From positions 73,036,001 through 73,100,000 of the forward strand of contig OZ076413.1 in NCBI GenBank assembly GCA_964187785.1: 64,000 nucleotides of DNA, given 5' to 3'. A model generated the notes under the pieces. It was not told the DNA's origin. It did no database searches and saw nothing but the letters and a program-made list of their open reading frames with translations. Positions 11,865 through 23,229 of this stretch are shown here, one piece after another (position 1 is the stretch's first letter; each line of letters begins with the position of its first letter). Source of the stretch: Amphiscolops sp. MND2022. Lineage: Eukaryota. A program made the translations under genes and the position numbers.

Positions 11865-14257
11865 CTATATCCTATCCTTCTCCTTTTGAAGGATGCTGCG
11901 GTCACATGTGCTGGTCTTCTGCATTGTTTCGGGGATTTCGGTCTGGTGCAATGGTCCAATTCGCACTTCCTTGATTGTCCCTGTGAAGGCGTACACTGGC
12001 CCTTTTGGGTCGCGATAGGGCTGCTCTGGATCCCTCAATCCCAGTTGATGCAAATTGAAAGCTGGATACACCTGGTAACAAAAGGCATTGACAATGATGA
12101 ATAGAGCGAATTCAAGAAGAAACGTGCAAAATTACATTTTTATTTGAAGAAACTACAATAAAATTGTTAAACGTTTCGAAACCACAACCAATAAATTCCT
12201 TACTTCAAAACCCAGTGTGTGGAAGAGATGTTTTCTTTTTTCAACATTATCAGTTCCCATTCAATATTAACAAACATTCATTACCATTTTGATGGCGTCG
12301 AGCTCACTGCCGATCTGCTCTTTGAGAAGCGTAAGTTGTTGGCTTGAGAAGAGGGGGCTCCATGATCCTCTCAGGGAATTGAGTTTCCGCTGGATTTGTC
12401 GTATTTTCAACTGTAACACAGCATAAATAAGAACAACTACAGAAAAAACTTCTTCATCATCAATTTCCTGCTGACTGGCAATGAGATGGCTGTCCACAAT
12501 CAGAGGGAGTTGGAGGCAAAAGCAATGGAGTCCCCTTTGTCGCAACTACGTGTGGCCAGCGTGCAGGCAAAACGAGGATGTCGCCTGCTTCCACCACAAG
12601 TTTGTGGACCCCACCTTTCAGCGCTTTCAGGTTCCCGAAAGAAGTTGGTCTAAATAGAGACAAATTTTTATACATATGAACGAAACAACTGGTTCAATGA
12701 TTTTGAATCAAGTGTTTGATTGATAAATTGCTCTTTTCAAAATAATGACTTTGCGTTGAGTATGTTTTAAGTACATGATTTGAGTACTTCTACCTGCAAA
12801 ACGGCACTTGTCGGTTCCACCAGCCAGAAGATATTCTGCACTCGGGCGACAGTATAAAAGGTAGTCCTGCTAGAAAAGTCGACATGCCACGGCGTGACAC
12901 ACTGGTCGTTTGAGACCAGCAAATAATTGGATGTAGCCTCAGTGAAGTGCCCTGCTACATCCACACTCATCTGCTAGGTGGTCATCCGCAGAGTATCGGA
13001 CAAAGTCTGGTACTTGGAAAAACTAAACCAAAACGATAAGACTTCAGCAAACGGTTTCGAAACAAAGGCTCCTTTGAACCTTTCCAAGGTGTGGTAAAAA
13101 ACCTTACATTCCGCTCAAGTGCAATATCAATGATATTGACAGGAAATGTCCCCGTAGGCGCTATAGAGGGCCCCGCTCGCTGCTCGTCCAGGTATTCCCT
13201 CACTGCTAAAGACCTGACCTGAAATTCAAACTGTATATTCCGATCATACTCCTTTGAAACTACTTTACCAATGTTTATATATCTCAAAGTGAAATCCACT
13301 GCCAACGATGTCTTAGTCACTGTCCAGTGGATACGAAATCTCAAAATACTTTGGTTCAACGGAGAGAATAATTTTTGTCACTAATGGTAAAACGCTATAA
13401 TTAAAAAAAGTTTGTGAAATTCGAAAAGTACAAAGAATGGCGGTATATGTTCACCTGTTGGTCAGGTGGTAGTCGTGATGTCTTTGCAGCAAGCTTCGCT
13501 GCAGGATTAGCCACGTGCTGCAGCAAGAACTCGACTTGGTGGAGAAAGTCCTCAGCGGGCAGAACTGGGAGCTTCAAACATCGCGAGTTCATTGCCCCGT
13601 TCTTCCACAGTTTTGGCTGGCCACGAGAAAGTGCTTTCATGACCATGCCGTTTTCATCTTTTTGCCCATTCTCCCACCTGCAGCAGTTCCATGACTCCTC
13701 TGAAAGCAGCATGTCATCTAGGTGCTTTACGAAGAGACTCTTCCCTTCGTACGCCCGTCGACTTGGCTCGCTCGTCATTGCCATGTCGCTTCCTTTGTGT
13801 CAGGTGTCTCTGTAGGGAGTCAGTCCGGGCAAATTCTTCACCACAGGATGTGCAAGGATTTTTCTTGCTGGGGTTGGCTGTTCCTAGGAAATTTTATGTT
13901 TAAACTTCAAACTACTCGTCGAACAGTTCTGCCAAAAACAGTATTTTCCCATCGTGAAAGCTAAACCAAGTAACACAATTGTTTTCGTTTTCTCACAGGC
14001 AAATTGTTGACATAAATGGTCTGCTTACAATAATTTCTATTATTTTGGGGTATGTCTGTCGTGCAGTACCTCGCATTCTCGATGTGCCGCTTGAGGGTTA
14101 CAGGGGTGGCAAAGACCCTCTTGCAACGGGGACAAGCTTTGTTTGGCGGCTGCTTCGAACTGCAAGTTTTTTGGTGCCTCTCAAGTTTCGTGCGGCGGTT
14201 CGACTTGTACGAACAATTGGGGCAGTTGAATTCAGTCTGTTGAAACAAGAACAACAC
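11865..14257 (-). pseudogene. Spliced zinc finger + JmjC (KDM2/KDM7/PHF8-like) histone demethylase gene, frameshifted
   Basis: Two C2H2/C2HC-type fingers (CPNC...HQKTC; CPRC...HIENARYC) at 14060-14230. JmjC motifs: NYLLVSNDQCVTPWHVDFSSRTTFYTV..IFWLVEPT (12810-12930), VVEAGDILVLPARWPHVVAT, and GDSIAFASNSL after a frameshift in a G run. GT donors at ~13456, 12793 and ~12284. A phase-0 junction reads AIKM|VYPAF. Confidence 0.8.
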
Positions 14258-14632
14258 TATAGTTTAACCTCGAAGTCTCGTGCATTTACCTATTTTTTTA
14301 GTTGTCATGTAAACTTATATATGAGTATCAAAGAGAATTGATCTTTGAGATCAGAACCATAAAGTATTGGATTGCTCCCTCTTAAAATGATATAAAAAGA
14401 TCGAATTCGGGTCTTTTCTGTTATCCCCCACCCTACTCATTAAAATTTTACCCCCAATATTTCGTATGTCAGGATAAAAAGAGCAGTACATGACTCACTT
14501 CCTAATGATTCACTTCTTAATGAACATTTCAATTTTTATATGGTAAGAATCGTAGTAAAAGACTAATTTCCTTTGACTCATTTCTTAACGAATTGAGGGG
14601 GAAGAGTAAACATGCTGGGGGCTCTTTATTTC

Positions 14633-14960
14633 TACTCACGGTGGAAACGAAAAATTGCCTCTACAAATGGTGAACAATTTTTCACTCAGGCCTGTTCAAA
14701 GAAGATGGCAGTTCAAACTCAGATTTGTTTTTCTACTCGGGGGAAACGAAACTTTCCCTATGGAAGTTCAAGAGGACTTTTTACTGACAGTGTGTACCAA
14801 ATTTTTACTATACAGACTCAGGTTTTTTCCACTACTTACGGTGGATACAAAAAATTTCTATTCAAATGCAGAACAAAACTTTACTCACGGTGTAAACCAA
14901 AAAACTTTTATTACAACTGAAACTGACTCCTTTTCTGCTCACGGTGGATACACAAAGTTT
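14633..14960. repeat. Degenerate ~50-bp tandem array (~7 units) with core TACTCACGGTGGATAC
   Basis: Core variants at 14633, ~14683, 14733, 14782, 14833, 14882 and 14936, upstream of the ZnF-JmjC gene. Confidence 0.75.
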
Positions 14961-15719
14961 TTCAACTGAAACGAACATTTTCATTTCGTATCCCCAATTT
15001 TAGAGGTAAAACTATAAAAAAAGGAACTAACCATTATGAAATGAGGAAGCAGGCAACGTATAAGGAAATCGACTTTAAAGACTTGTATGACAAAGGTCAG
15101 GCAAAGACCTAAAGAAGGCTTTTTGAATTAAGTTGGTCAAAACTAGCAAGCGGTTGAATTGAAAGATCGAATGACAAAGAATCAATTCCCTGAACTAGAA
15201 AAACATTTCCTACATCCACTTCGGCAGTCAATCAAAATCGAATTATCATTTCCGGTTCCGTAAACTTTTGTAACAGTTCTGTTTTATGACGCTACAACTG
15301 CAAACACGTTTATCAAATTGACACTTTCTTCAGATTCATTCCAATTGTGCTGAGTGAATGCATACATTTGAACAAATGAATGGTAAACAAAATGAAACAT
15401 ATTTAAGCAAAATGAAAAACGGAACGAGAGCAGACTTTTTCTAGAACACAAAATGATTCACTTTTTAACCTACCAAAAAAATTTTGAATGCACTTTAGAT
15501 AATTGAACGTTGCATATGTCTTACGAAAACCTATTTTATTTGACAACTTCTCTGAAGTCACAAATATTTAGGACAAACGTTATCAAAAATTTCTGTTATT
15601 GGAACCCTATGTTGAATTTGATCATTAAATTTGTTCATGATTTCTTCCGTCGTGACTCTGAGTGCGGTAATTTTAATTTTAATTATTGTAGCCTGATGTC
15701 ATTCTTTTTGTTGTACATA

Positions 15720-16045
15720 CCCTCTTTGAATAGGTTTGCAAATGTTCAAGCATTTGTTTGTGGAATTCACTGTCAATGTATTGGTATACGTTAGTCGATT
15801 CCACATATCACTTTTCGCAGGGTGAAGAATACTTTCCAGAATAGTGGAATCCACCGCAAAAAAAATTTAAATCTATTTAGAACTGTAACTCACTGAATAT
15901 ACCCCTTTGGATTATTTTGCTAATGTTTAAGCATTTGATTGTGGAATCCACTGTCAATGTATTTGTATATGTTATTCAATTCCACTAACTGCTTTTTGCA
16001 GGATAAGGAACGTTTTCCAAAAGAGTGGAATTCACTGCAATAAAG
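15720..16045 (-). repeat. Internal inverted-repeat arm R (~1.8 copies of the ~184-bp monomer)
   Basis: Reverse complement matches arm L, e.g. gtggaatcgactaacgtataccaatacattg and gtggattccactattctggaaa. Confidence 0.85.
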
Positions 16046-16387
16046 TTCAAAACTATTCAGGATTTACAATTATTACAAAACTGGTGTTTTTTTACTCCTG
16101 TAACTATCCCACTTGCTGGAACACTACGTGGTTTCAGCGCGCTCCGGACTTCATTTTTCAAACTTCTTTATATACCACCCCAAAGGTGAAAATGACCGCC
16201 AAAGTTTAGACAGTTGCTATAAAAGTCGAAGAATTGCTACTTTTTTGAGAATTACTTTTTTGGTAATCAATAAATGAGTTTCTTCTAAATAACCAGAAAA
16301 AAAATGTTCAAAAGCTTATTTATTACCACAAGCAAAGATAAAAGAATATGTCTTCAAAATCAAGTAATGAACAAGCAGTTGCAAAAA

Positions 16388-19300
16388 TTAGAGTAAAAGA
16401 CGATCATCAGCTGGAGTTTTGTTAGGTTTCACTAGGCCGTTTCGGTATCTTTTCAATGCCAAAATGGCAGACGAATTCTCTATTGATTTGTTATCATCTA
16501 TTTGAACCATTAAGAGTGGTCGCATGTCATTAATTTTCATCCGGTTGATCAAGAGTCCAGGCCCTATCATATCTTTATTAGGGTCTAGAATGAAGGTAGA
16601 TTTCATATTTCGAGTACGTATTCAACAGTGATGAACATGAAACCCCCGACGCAAATAATTTGCAGCCCAAAGCTGCTGGAGACAACTTCTTTTGTTTAAA
16701 ACTTTTCATTTTCTCTGCTTTCAGCGTCTGTTGACAACTCACTCGCGGAACAATGTCTATGAAGCTTCAGTTTTGTTCTCATGGCTTCCAATTGATATTT
16801 ATCACCGGTCGCATTATTAAGGTTCTCTTCATCTTTGACAATAACGTGAAAATTCAAGATATTTGAATGGGATTTCATTAGGTTCTTTGCGTTTTCTTTC
16901 TCATAAACGACACCTCCCATTTCGGAAATTCTATCTTTGAGGAAATCCTGTGTGAGCCCACGCTTGAACCTACCTACAATTGTAAATCTCGATCCTCTTA
17001 GAAGGTCGCAAAATTCTCTCGTTTCGCCAACGGCAAGGCAGGGTACCGCCAGGAGACCTCTACAAATGTCTAGATAAGTTTTGGCACCCTCGAGAGTCTC
17101 TTCAGTCGTGAGTGTTTTTCTCACATGTTCAATGAGATTGGATATATTTTTCGGAAATTGTTTAAGAAATATCCAGGAACCAGCAAAATGAAAACGCAGT
17201 ATCCAGAAATAATGGATCTTGATGGTAAATGGAGCCACCGCCTCTCATGGTTCAGGTTCGACTTTTTCTGTTGGCATTGTGGTTTGATTTTTCCAAGCCT
17301 TCGCAGAGGTGATTCCTTGACCTCTCAATGTACCCGCTTTCAACTAGTTGTGCCATCAATGGAAGCTTGAGTTTGTATGGTGTCGACCCCTTTTGGCCGA
17401 AGAGAAACAAATTGATTCGAAAGTATGTTCCAGCCCATCGTTTGTAAGTGTCGACATCAATGTTTTCTGACTTCTCAACAGAATAACACACTGGTTTAAA
17501 CGTTGTCGTAGAAGCTCACAAGCGTCAAAAGTTGACATATATCTTTCTTCGTTTCTTAGATTTATGGGGTCTCGTTTGTCAAATAAATGTGGATGTAAAG
17601 ACTCCAGTACTTTTGCAGCCTCCAAGTTGTATCCATTCTCACTTCCAAGAAGTATCTCTGTCGTCCAAAAACCGTCATAAAGGTTCTTGATTGTTTCAAG
17701 TTGAGCATTTCTAAGTTCTTCTGTTTCAGCTATAACTGTGAGTGCATTCGACCCCGCTAATGACTGTGGTCCTAATGTTCCTGGGGTTTTACCTACGTTC
17801 TTGTGGGTAATATTGAACTGAAAAGACAGTCTTTTAGCTTCTCGGCTGGTCAGATTTTTTTTCAAAGCGCTGAACGCTTAAAGCTTCCCAGGGATGTTTG
17901 TCGTTAATTACCTTCTGAGCCACTCTTCTAATATCATTCTCACTGCAACGCGTTATCATGTGTGACAATACATCTCTAGGAACATGTTGTCTGAATGGGA
18001 TCTACAAAAATGTTCATCGTCCATCGACATCTGAGCAGCAGGTGGGGAGGAAATTTTTATCGCATACATATATCGGAAGTTGTGAGGGATGAGAACTTGA
18101 ACGTTCAGTTGAAATTCCAATGACCCAACGCTTCAAGAACGGGCTGTCACCGCTGTATGTTATTTCAAAGCCCAACGATTGTAATTCTTTTGTCTGGCGG
18201 TATAGCCATCTAGATTCTTGCTTACCCAGGATAGACGGTCTAAAATTTTGTTCCATTGCATATCGACCATCTTTGCCACGATAGGATGCAAAACAGAGGA
18301 CAGCTTTTGATGATTAGCTGCCAACTGTGGTGTTCAAAATGCTGAATGCTAGACGCGTTACCTCAACCCCCCCCCCATTTCACAACCGTCACCCCAAATA
18401 TAATTTTTAAGGCCTTCAAGATTGGTTTTTTGCAGGAAAATTAATGACGCAAACGTCACTGCTTTCAGTAAATTGACTAGAAATCCAGAAGAGGATCGTT
18501 CAGGCTCGCATCTTGTAACAAACAATTTCATTATGAGGCTAGTGGCTCTTTTGATGTGACGAATTAACGTTACTAGGCTACTGCCTCCTAAGCCAACCGA
18601 AACTACCCGTTGCCGAATTGCATTGAGGATATCTTCCATGTTGCCAGTTTTCATTTTGATTGAAAGTTCGTACCTAAAGCACTCGGAGGAGCTTCTGTCC
18701 TCCAAAAGACCCGTGAACAAGTCTCGAATGTGATTACTGCTTGCGCTCCTTTTCCGCCACGCGCTACGTTTCTGATGCTGTTCTTTGAGAATTGTAGCTA
18801 ATCCTTGATTAGGTATACCATGCATTCTAGCAAAATTCAGGACTTTTGTCCAAAAAATTTTACTATTAGTTCTGTGTCACTTTTTGAGTTGCAACTGCGT
18901 AATATTCATATCTGCTTTTTGCTGGTCTTGTTGAATATCAACTTCTGGTGTCTTCTGTAGCACTGCATCTTCTTGGAATGTTACTTCAAGCGGTGTTTTT
19001 TCAAAAGTCCCATGTTGAGAAGAAAATTTATCATTCGTAAAAATACCGACGTCGGGAAAAAAATTGGTGGTAAATTATTTTGCAACGAATTCTCTTCTCT
19101 TTTCGTACCAAGGTAAGTTTTTATAGCCCCGCAGAATTAAAAGTTTCATTTTTTTCGATGTAACAAAAACATATCCCTGGGAATGCCCTTTGATTGGTAA
19201 TTTCTGAATAAGATCGTCTGTCTTCAGAGTGGTCCCTACGACCATTTCAGCAACGATTGAAGTAAGTTTCCGTTGACAATTTTTTAACGTGTGTCCTGAC

Positions 19301-19650
19301 ATAAAGTCTACAATTTTGGAATCGATAAATTCTTTCCCATCATCTAGTGATAGACTGAACATTTCAAATTCTGACATTTCTAAACTTGTAGACAATGAAA
19401 TTGAGCGTATCAATGGTGTATCATTCCGTTGACAATGATTACGCCGAAAAACTATCAATATACGTTCAATTGTTATTGAGTTTCCCGCTCGTTGCGTCTT
19501 CTGATACTTCTGAATTTGGGCCTCAACTTCAACCTCAATTAAACTAATCTTGCAACATTTTTCTCATGGTATTACTGCTCCGCACGCTGTTTAATTAATT
19601 CTTCAACACCTGTTTTAAAACATTTGATTGCACGTTGAACTAAAAATACA
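16388..19650 (-). pseudogene. Disrupted ~1000+ codon RAG1/Transib/Chapaev-like DDE transposase with C-terminal BRCT-like domain
   Basis: A chain of minus-strand ORF pieces contains HVPRDVLSHMITRCSE (D-x-L-H-like, ~17930-17990) and STPYKLKL...NHLCEGLEKSNH (17290-17385). The latter resembles RAG1 TNYFHKTLAH...SEGNES with its catalytic Glu. LRGSRFTIVGRFKRGLTQDFLKDRISEMGGVV resembles a BRCT N-terminus. Confidence 0.62.
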
Positions 19651-20869
19651 TTGTTATGCGTGCGTTCACTAGTAGGTGATAAAGTTAGGTGTGATTTACC
19701 CCAAAAATCATGTGGAATGATTTTTCAGTGATTTTTTCAGTTAGATTTTTTGTGTCCACCGTGAGTCGGTCGACATTATATGAATGATTTGAGTGTGATT
19801 TTACCCCAAAAATCATGTGGAATACTGCCAGCAAATTCTTCTGTTGTTTTTCGACCGTGAGTTGACCGTGAACTGGAACAAAGTTCAAGCACTACTAAGT
19901 TGCTTTACCTGCTGCTGTGTGTACTCAAGTTGACAAAAAAAATAAATGACGAAGAAATTTTTTTAATTATTGAAACTACACATTATCATGAGCAAAAGAA
20001 AGACGTGAACAAAACTTACAACTAAGTTTTTATAGGGTGTAGAAGAGAGGAACGCATCAGGTGTAAGTTGCAATCATTGATAAAGAGTGATTGTAAATTT
20101 CCCACAAGTCGCCAATTGCGTCACAGAAGTTGTATTCGGCATCCTCAAACAAACAAATTTAAAAAGTGGAACTTTTTCCTTTTTCTCACACTTATCAAGA
20201 TGTTGTTTTTGCGATTACAGTAGACTTCGGATAATCGATTACCGGCGTATCCAAAATTTCAGGTAAACGAATTAAAATCCCCGGCAGAGTAGAACATACT
20301 AACATGTTTTCGTTCAATGAATATTTTGCTGAAACAAATATTTTTCGCCGGTCCTGCCAGTATTCTATTAGCCGAAGTCGACGGTAAGTAACAACAAAAA
20401 GACTTGAAAACACACCAGAATCCTTCAATTTTAAATGTATTTCCAGGGGAACAAATTACAATTGAGATACAAACTTTGTTCACACTCTTTTCCCTACTCT
20501 TTGAAAGGTGTGGGGGACTAAGCAAGAAGAGCCAAAAGTCTTTCAATAACGTGGTTATTCACGTGTTAGTTTGAGAGATACATTAATCTGAACCAACATG
20601 AAAATTTTGAAAGAAGAATTTCCACATTTCATTAATGTTTCAATCTTGTTTCTCAATGAAAAATTGGAAAAAAGAAATTTTGAAAATTCCTTCATGTTTC
20701 ATTGATGTGTTCTTTGAACGTGTTCTTTTATGTGTTCATTTGTGAGATACATTCAAATTAATCAGCTTTCACATAATCAACACAATTTCACAGGATTTGA
20801 GCGTTCAAAACTAGTTTATCATGGATTAAGTGTTACATGATTTGAGTGGATTACGAACTTTTCTTACCC

Positions 20870-21240
20870 GCGCGTGGATTTGAGTGGATTACCGCATTGT
20901 GGTCAATTACCTTACAGTCAATTCCACTCGTTTTGCAGTCAATTCCACAAGTTGAAAAGTGGAATCGACTGCGAGCCAAATTGTAATTGGCTGCGAGCCA
21001 AAGTGGACACGACTGTAAGCCGAAGTGGAATCCACTGTACAATTCAGGGATTTTCGCTGAAAGTTGAAATAAGCTGACGCGATTCGTTCAATTCAGTTGG
21101 CAGTGAAAAGCAGTGTATTTCGGTGATCGCATTTCTGTAATTTAGCAAGATATGTTACTGGAATCCAGAACAGGCTGCAGCAGAATCCACTGAAAATCAG
21201 TGAAATACATGTTTAATAATACGTCAGTGGATTTCAGTGA
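20870..21240. repeat. Right subterminal cluster of GTGGAWTCCAC-type repeats
   Basis: Exact GTGGAATCCAC at 21025, plus gtggaatcgac, aattccac, gaatccac and gtggatttc variants. Confidence 0.8.
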
Positions 21241-21399
21241 CTTAATAGCACAAAAGTGTGCTAACCCACTTTTGGCACTGTAATGTCAATGGTACATCTC
21301 TATGACCATTGCTGCATACCATTTCGAAAGTTGCAAATTTACTTGAAACTCTCGGAACTCAATTTTTGGTGACACAATTATGATGGACGAAAAGCACAG

Positions 21400-22642
21400 G
21401 TACAATATATTAAAAACAAAGATAACAATCTAAGGAAATATGTATTGAAAACGTGCATAGCTTTTGTACATGCTCCGATAGGTTCTGAAGTTTGTATTCA
21501 TCGTTACAAAAAAAATTTGTAAAGATTGATGTTCTCAAGTGCATTCTCAACTGCCCATATTTTGCATATTTTTCAAAGAAATACCCCAGTGAAATGAACA
21601 AACGATAGCAAAGTTTAGTTTTTGCAAACGAAATCTGCAAAATTAGTCAAAGAATGTCGAAAAGGGAAAGCCGACTGTAATAGTAAAGTCCTGGTTGTAT
21701 TACCAGTTATGTTAGTTATGTTCTTCGAGGGTGTCCGGGGTGAGGTGCATTGGGTTGAGTTCCCTCTTCATTTGGGCCCAAACATTTTCTATGCGGTTGA
21801 AATCTGGGCTGTATGGGGGCCAGAACTCTTTCGCAATACCATTGTCATGAAGCCACTGCTTAATTTCCCTCGATCGATGGATGGGACAGTTGTCATCCAT
21901 GAAAAACTGGTCCTCGCCCAACGTGTCGATTCCGGCCGTCTTCAGCAGATCAATATAGTCTGCACTCTTGCATCTTTTTGGAGTCTCCAACAATACTCAA
22001 GACCCATGGCCACCTATGCAGTCCCAAAACATTATTGAAAGTCGCGACGTTGTCTTCTCGATTGTGTTCTCTGGCTTGTACCGAGTGGTCCTCCAGACAT
22101 AAACTCGTCCATCACTCTTCAATTAAAACTTGCATTCGTCGCTAAAAACAATGCGTTTCCACTCCTTAACGGTCCTTTTACGTCTCTGTTTTACCCAGAG
22201 CTGTCGTTAACACGGGTTTCTGCTCTCATTCGATGCTTCTTCGCAGCGGCACGGCCTTCAAGGTCCATTCTGTGCAAATTTCGTCGAATTGTTTTTGTAG
22301 ATACAGTTTTGATGCTGAAACTGTTGAATAGAACACAAAGGTTTTTTGCCGATGCCTTGTTGTTCTCCTCCTTTTTGCGTCGTCTACACTGCCATTTTCC
22401 AGGTAATTTTTATAGATTGTTTGAGCCATTGATTTGTTTAAAAAACGCATCTTCTCTTAAATTTGTTCCCACGAAAAGCCCAAATCTCGAAGAATAACGA
22501 CCTTAAGGCGTTCTTGAGACGTTGTTTTACCAATTTTAAACGTAATATTGTTTTAACAGTGAACGGAAAGAAGTTTGTTTTCACGCTTCCTAAAAAATTT
22601 ATACATTTAACTAGCACGCTGTAAGTTTTTGTTTATGCACTG
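21400..22642 (-). mobile_element. Decayed Tc1 (DD34E) transposon
   Basis: WKRIVFSDECKF (~22130) and FMDDNCPIHRS...WPPYSPDFNRIENVW with 34 residues between D and E (ORF 21712-21993). A TA|CAGTGC end lies at 22644-22637. The other end is not clearly seen. Confidence 0.85.
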
Positions 22643-23229
22643 TATTTCGTTTATGTTAATGTGATTGTGTAACATTAGTGATGTTACTTTCTTTTTCAAA
22701 CTACGATGATGGATATTACTCAGCACTTTAAAGAGACGCTAACAGAGTGGCAAAATTAGGTTTAGTAGGTGATATACTTTCATATTGAGTTTCTACCCAT
22801 AGTTTGAATGTCTAGACTCCATTGCAATGTTCTGAATTTTAATTTATATCTAGTTTGTATTTTTCACGATGTATATGACTGTTAAACTTCTTTGATTTGT
22901 CCCCAACTACAACTGAAGTAAATGTTTTACCATCGAGCTATCACTATACCTAGACGTAAACTACAGCTCTGTTACTGTTAGTGTCTCTTAAGTACTTCGT
23001 CAAATCAGTAATAACATTTCTAGGATTGAACGTCAGTCTAAAATGCACACAAAATAACAAGTGATTTAACCGAAGCAACCATCATCCAATTCTTTCCTTT
23101 GATCCTTCACGTCACTTTCCTGTACTAAACCATTCTGGTTCGATGATTCATATCGGTACACAAGCCTTCTTTTCTGTACTAATCAGAAGAGTGTTTCGAC
23201 ATCTCGTCGAAACACGGCTTTCTGTACTA

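Larger units (their letters stand above)
4121..21285. mobile_element. Giant (~17.2 kb) cargo-carrying DNA transposon, probably CMC (CACTA/Mirage/Chapaev)-Transib related, decayed
   Basis: Exact 20-bp TIR: CATTACAGTGCCAAAAGTGG (4121-4140) and CCACTTTTGGCACTGTAATG (21266-21285). TC lies on both flanks (4119-4120, 21286-21287). Palindromic subterminal repeats lie inside both ends, and there is an internal RAG1-like transposase remnant. Confidence 0.78.

Noticed and set aside
11620-12071. Tyrosine recombinase remnant (LGLRDPE ... HYDLFRHTAAS ... LRHSQRV) inside the inverted-repeat cassette, suggesting an invertible switch
   Set aside because: The R and HxxRH-like motifs are in plausible order in one frame. 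However, four stops intervene, the RH-to-HS spacing is too short and no catalytic Tyr is present. The 12071 exon splices in phase to the JmjC gene, and an alternative open frame covers the same bases. It is worth an HHpred check on an intact copy, but is not supported here.
5790-14341. Plus-strand ORFs overlapping the cargo genes (5790-6344, 7757-8119, 13414-13815, 13979-14341 and others)
   Set aside because: These are antisense shadows of the minus-strand genes or products of the duplication junction, mostly with non-ATG starts.
20195-20546. THAP-like domain in short minus-strand ORFs
   Set aside because: Only a W...VCS resemblance; the C2CH ligands and conserved Pro/Phe are missing.
4124-21282. 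Giant element read as Tc1-like (TA|CAGTG...CACTG|TA)
   Set aside because: This remains possible, but the terminal ATG is also conserved in the independent end at 347-357, a TC duplication flanks the 20-bp version, and the enclosed transposase is not Tc1-like.
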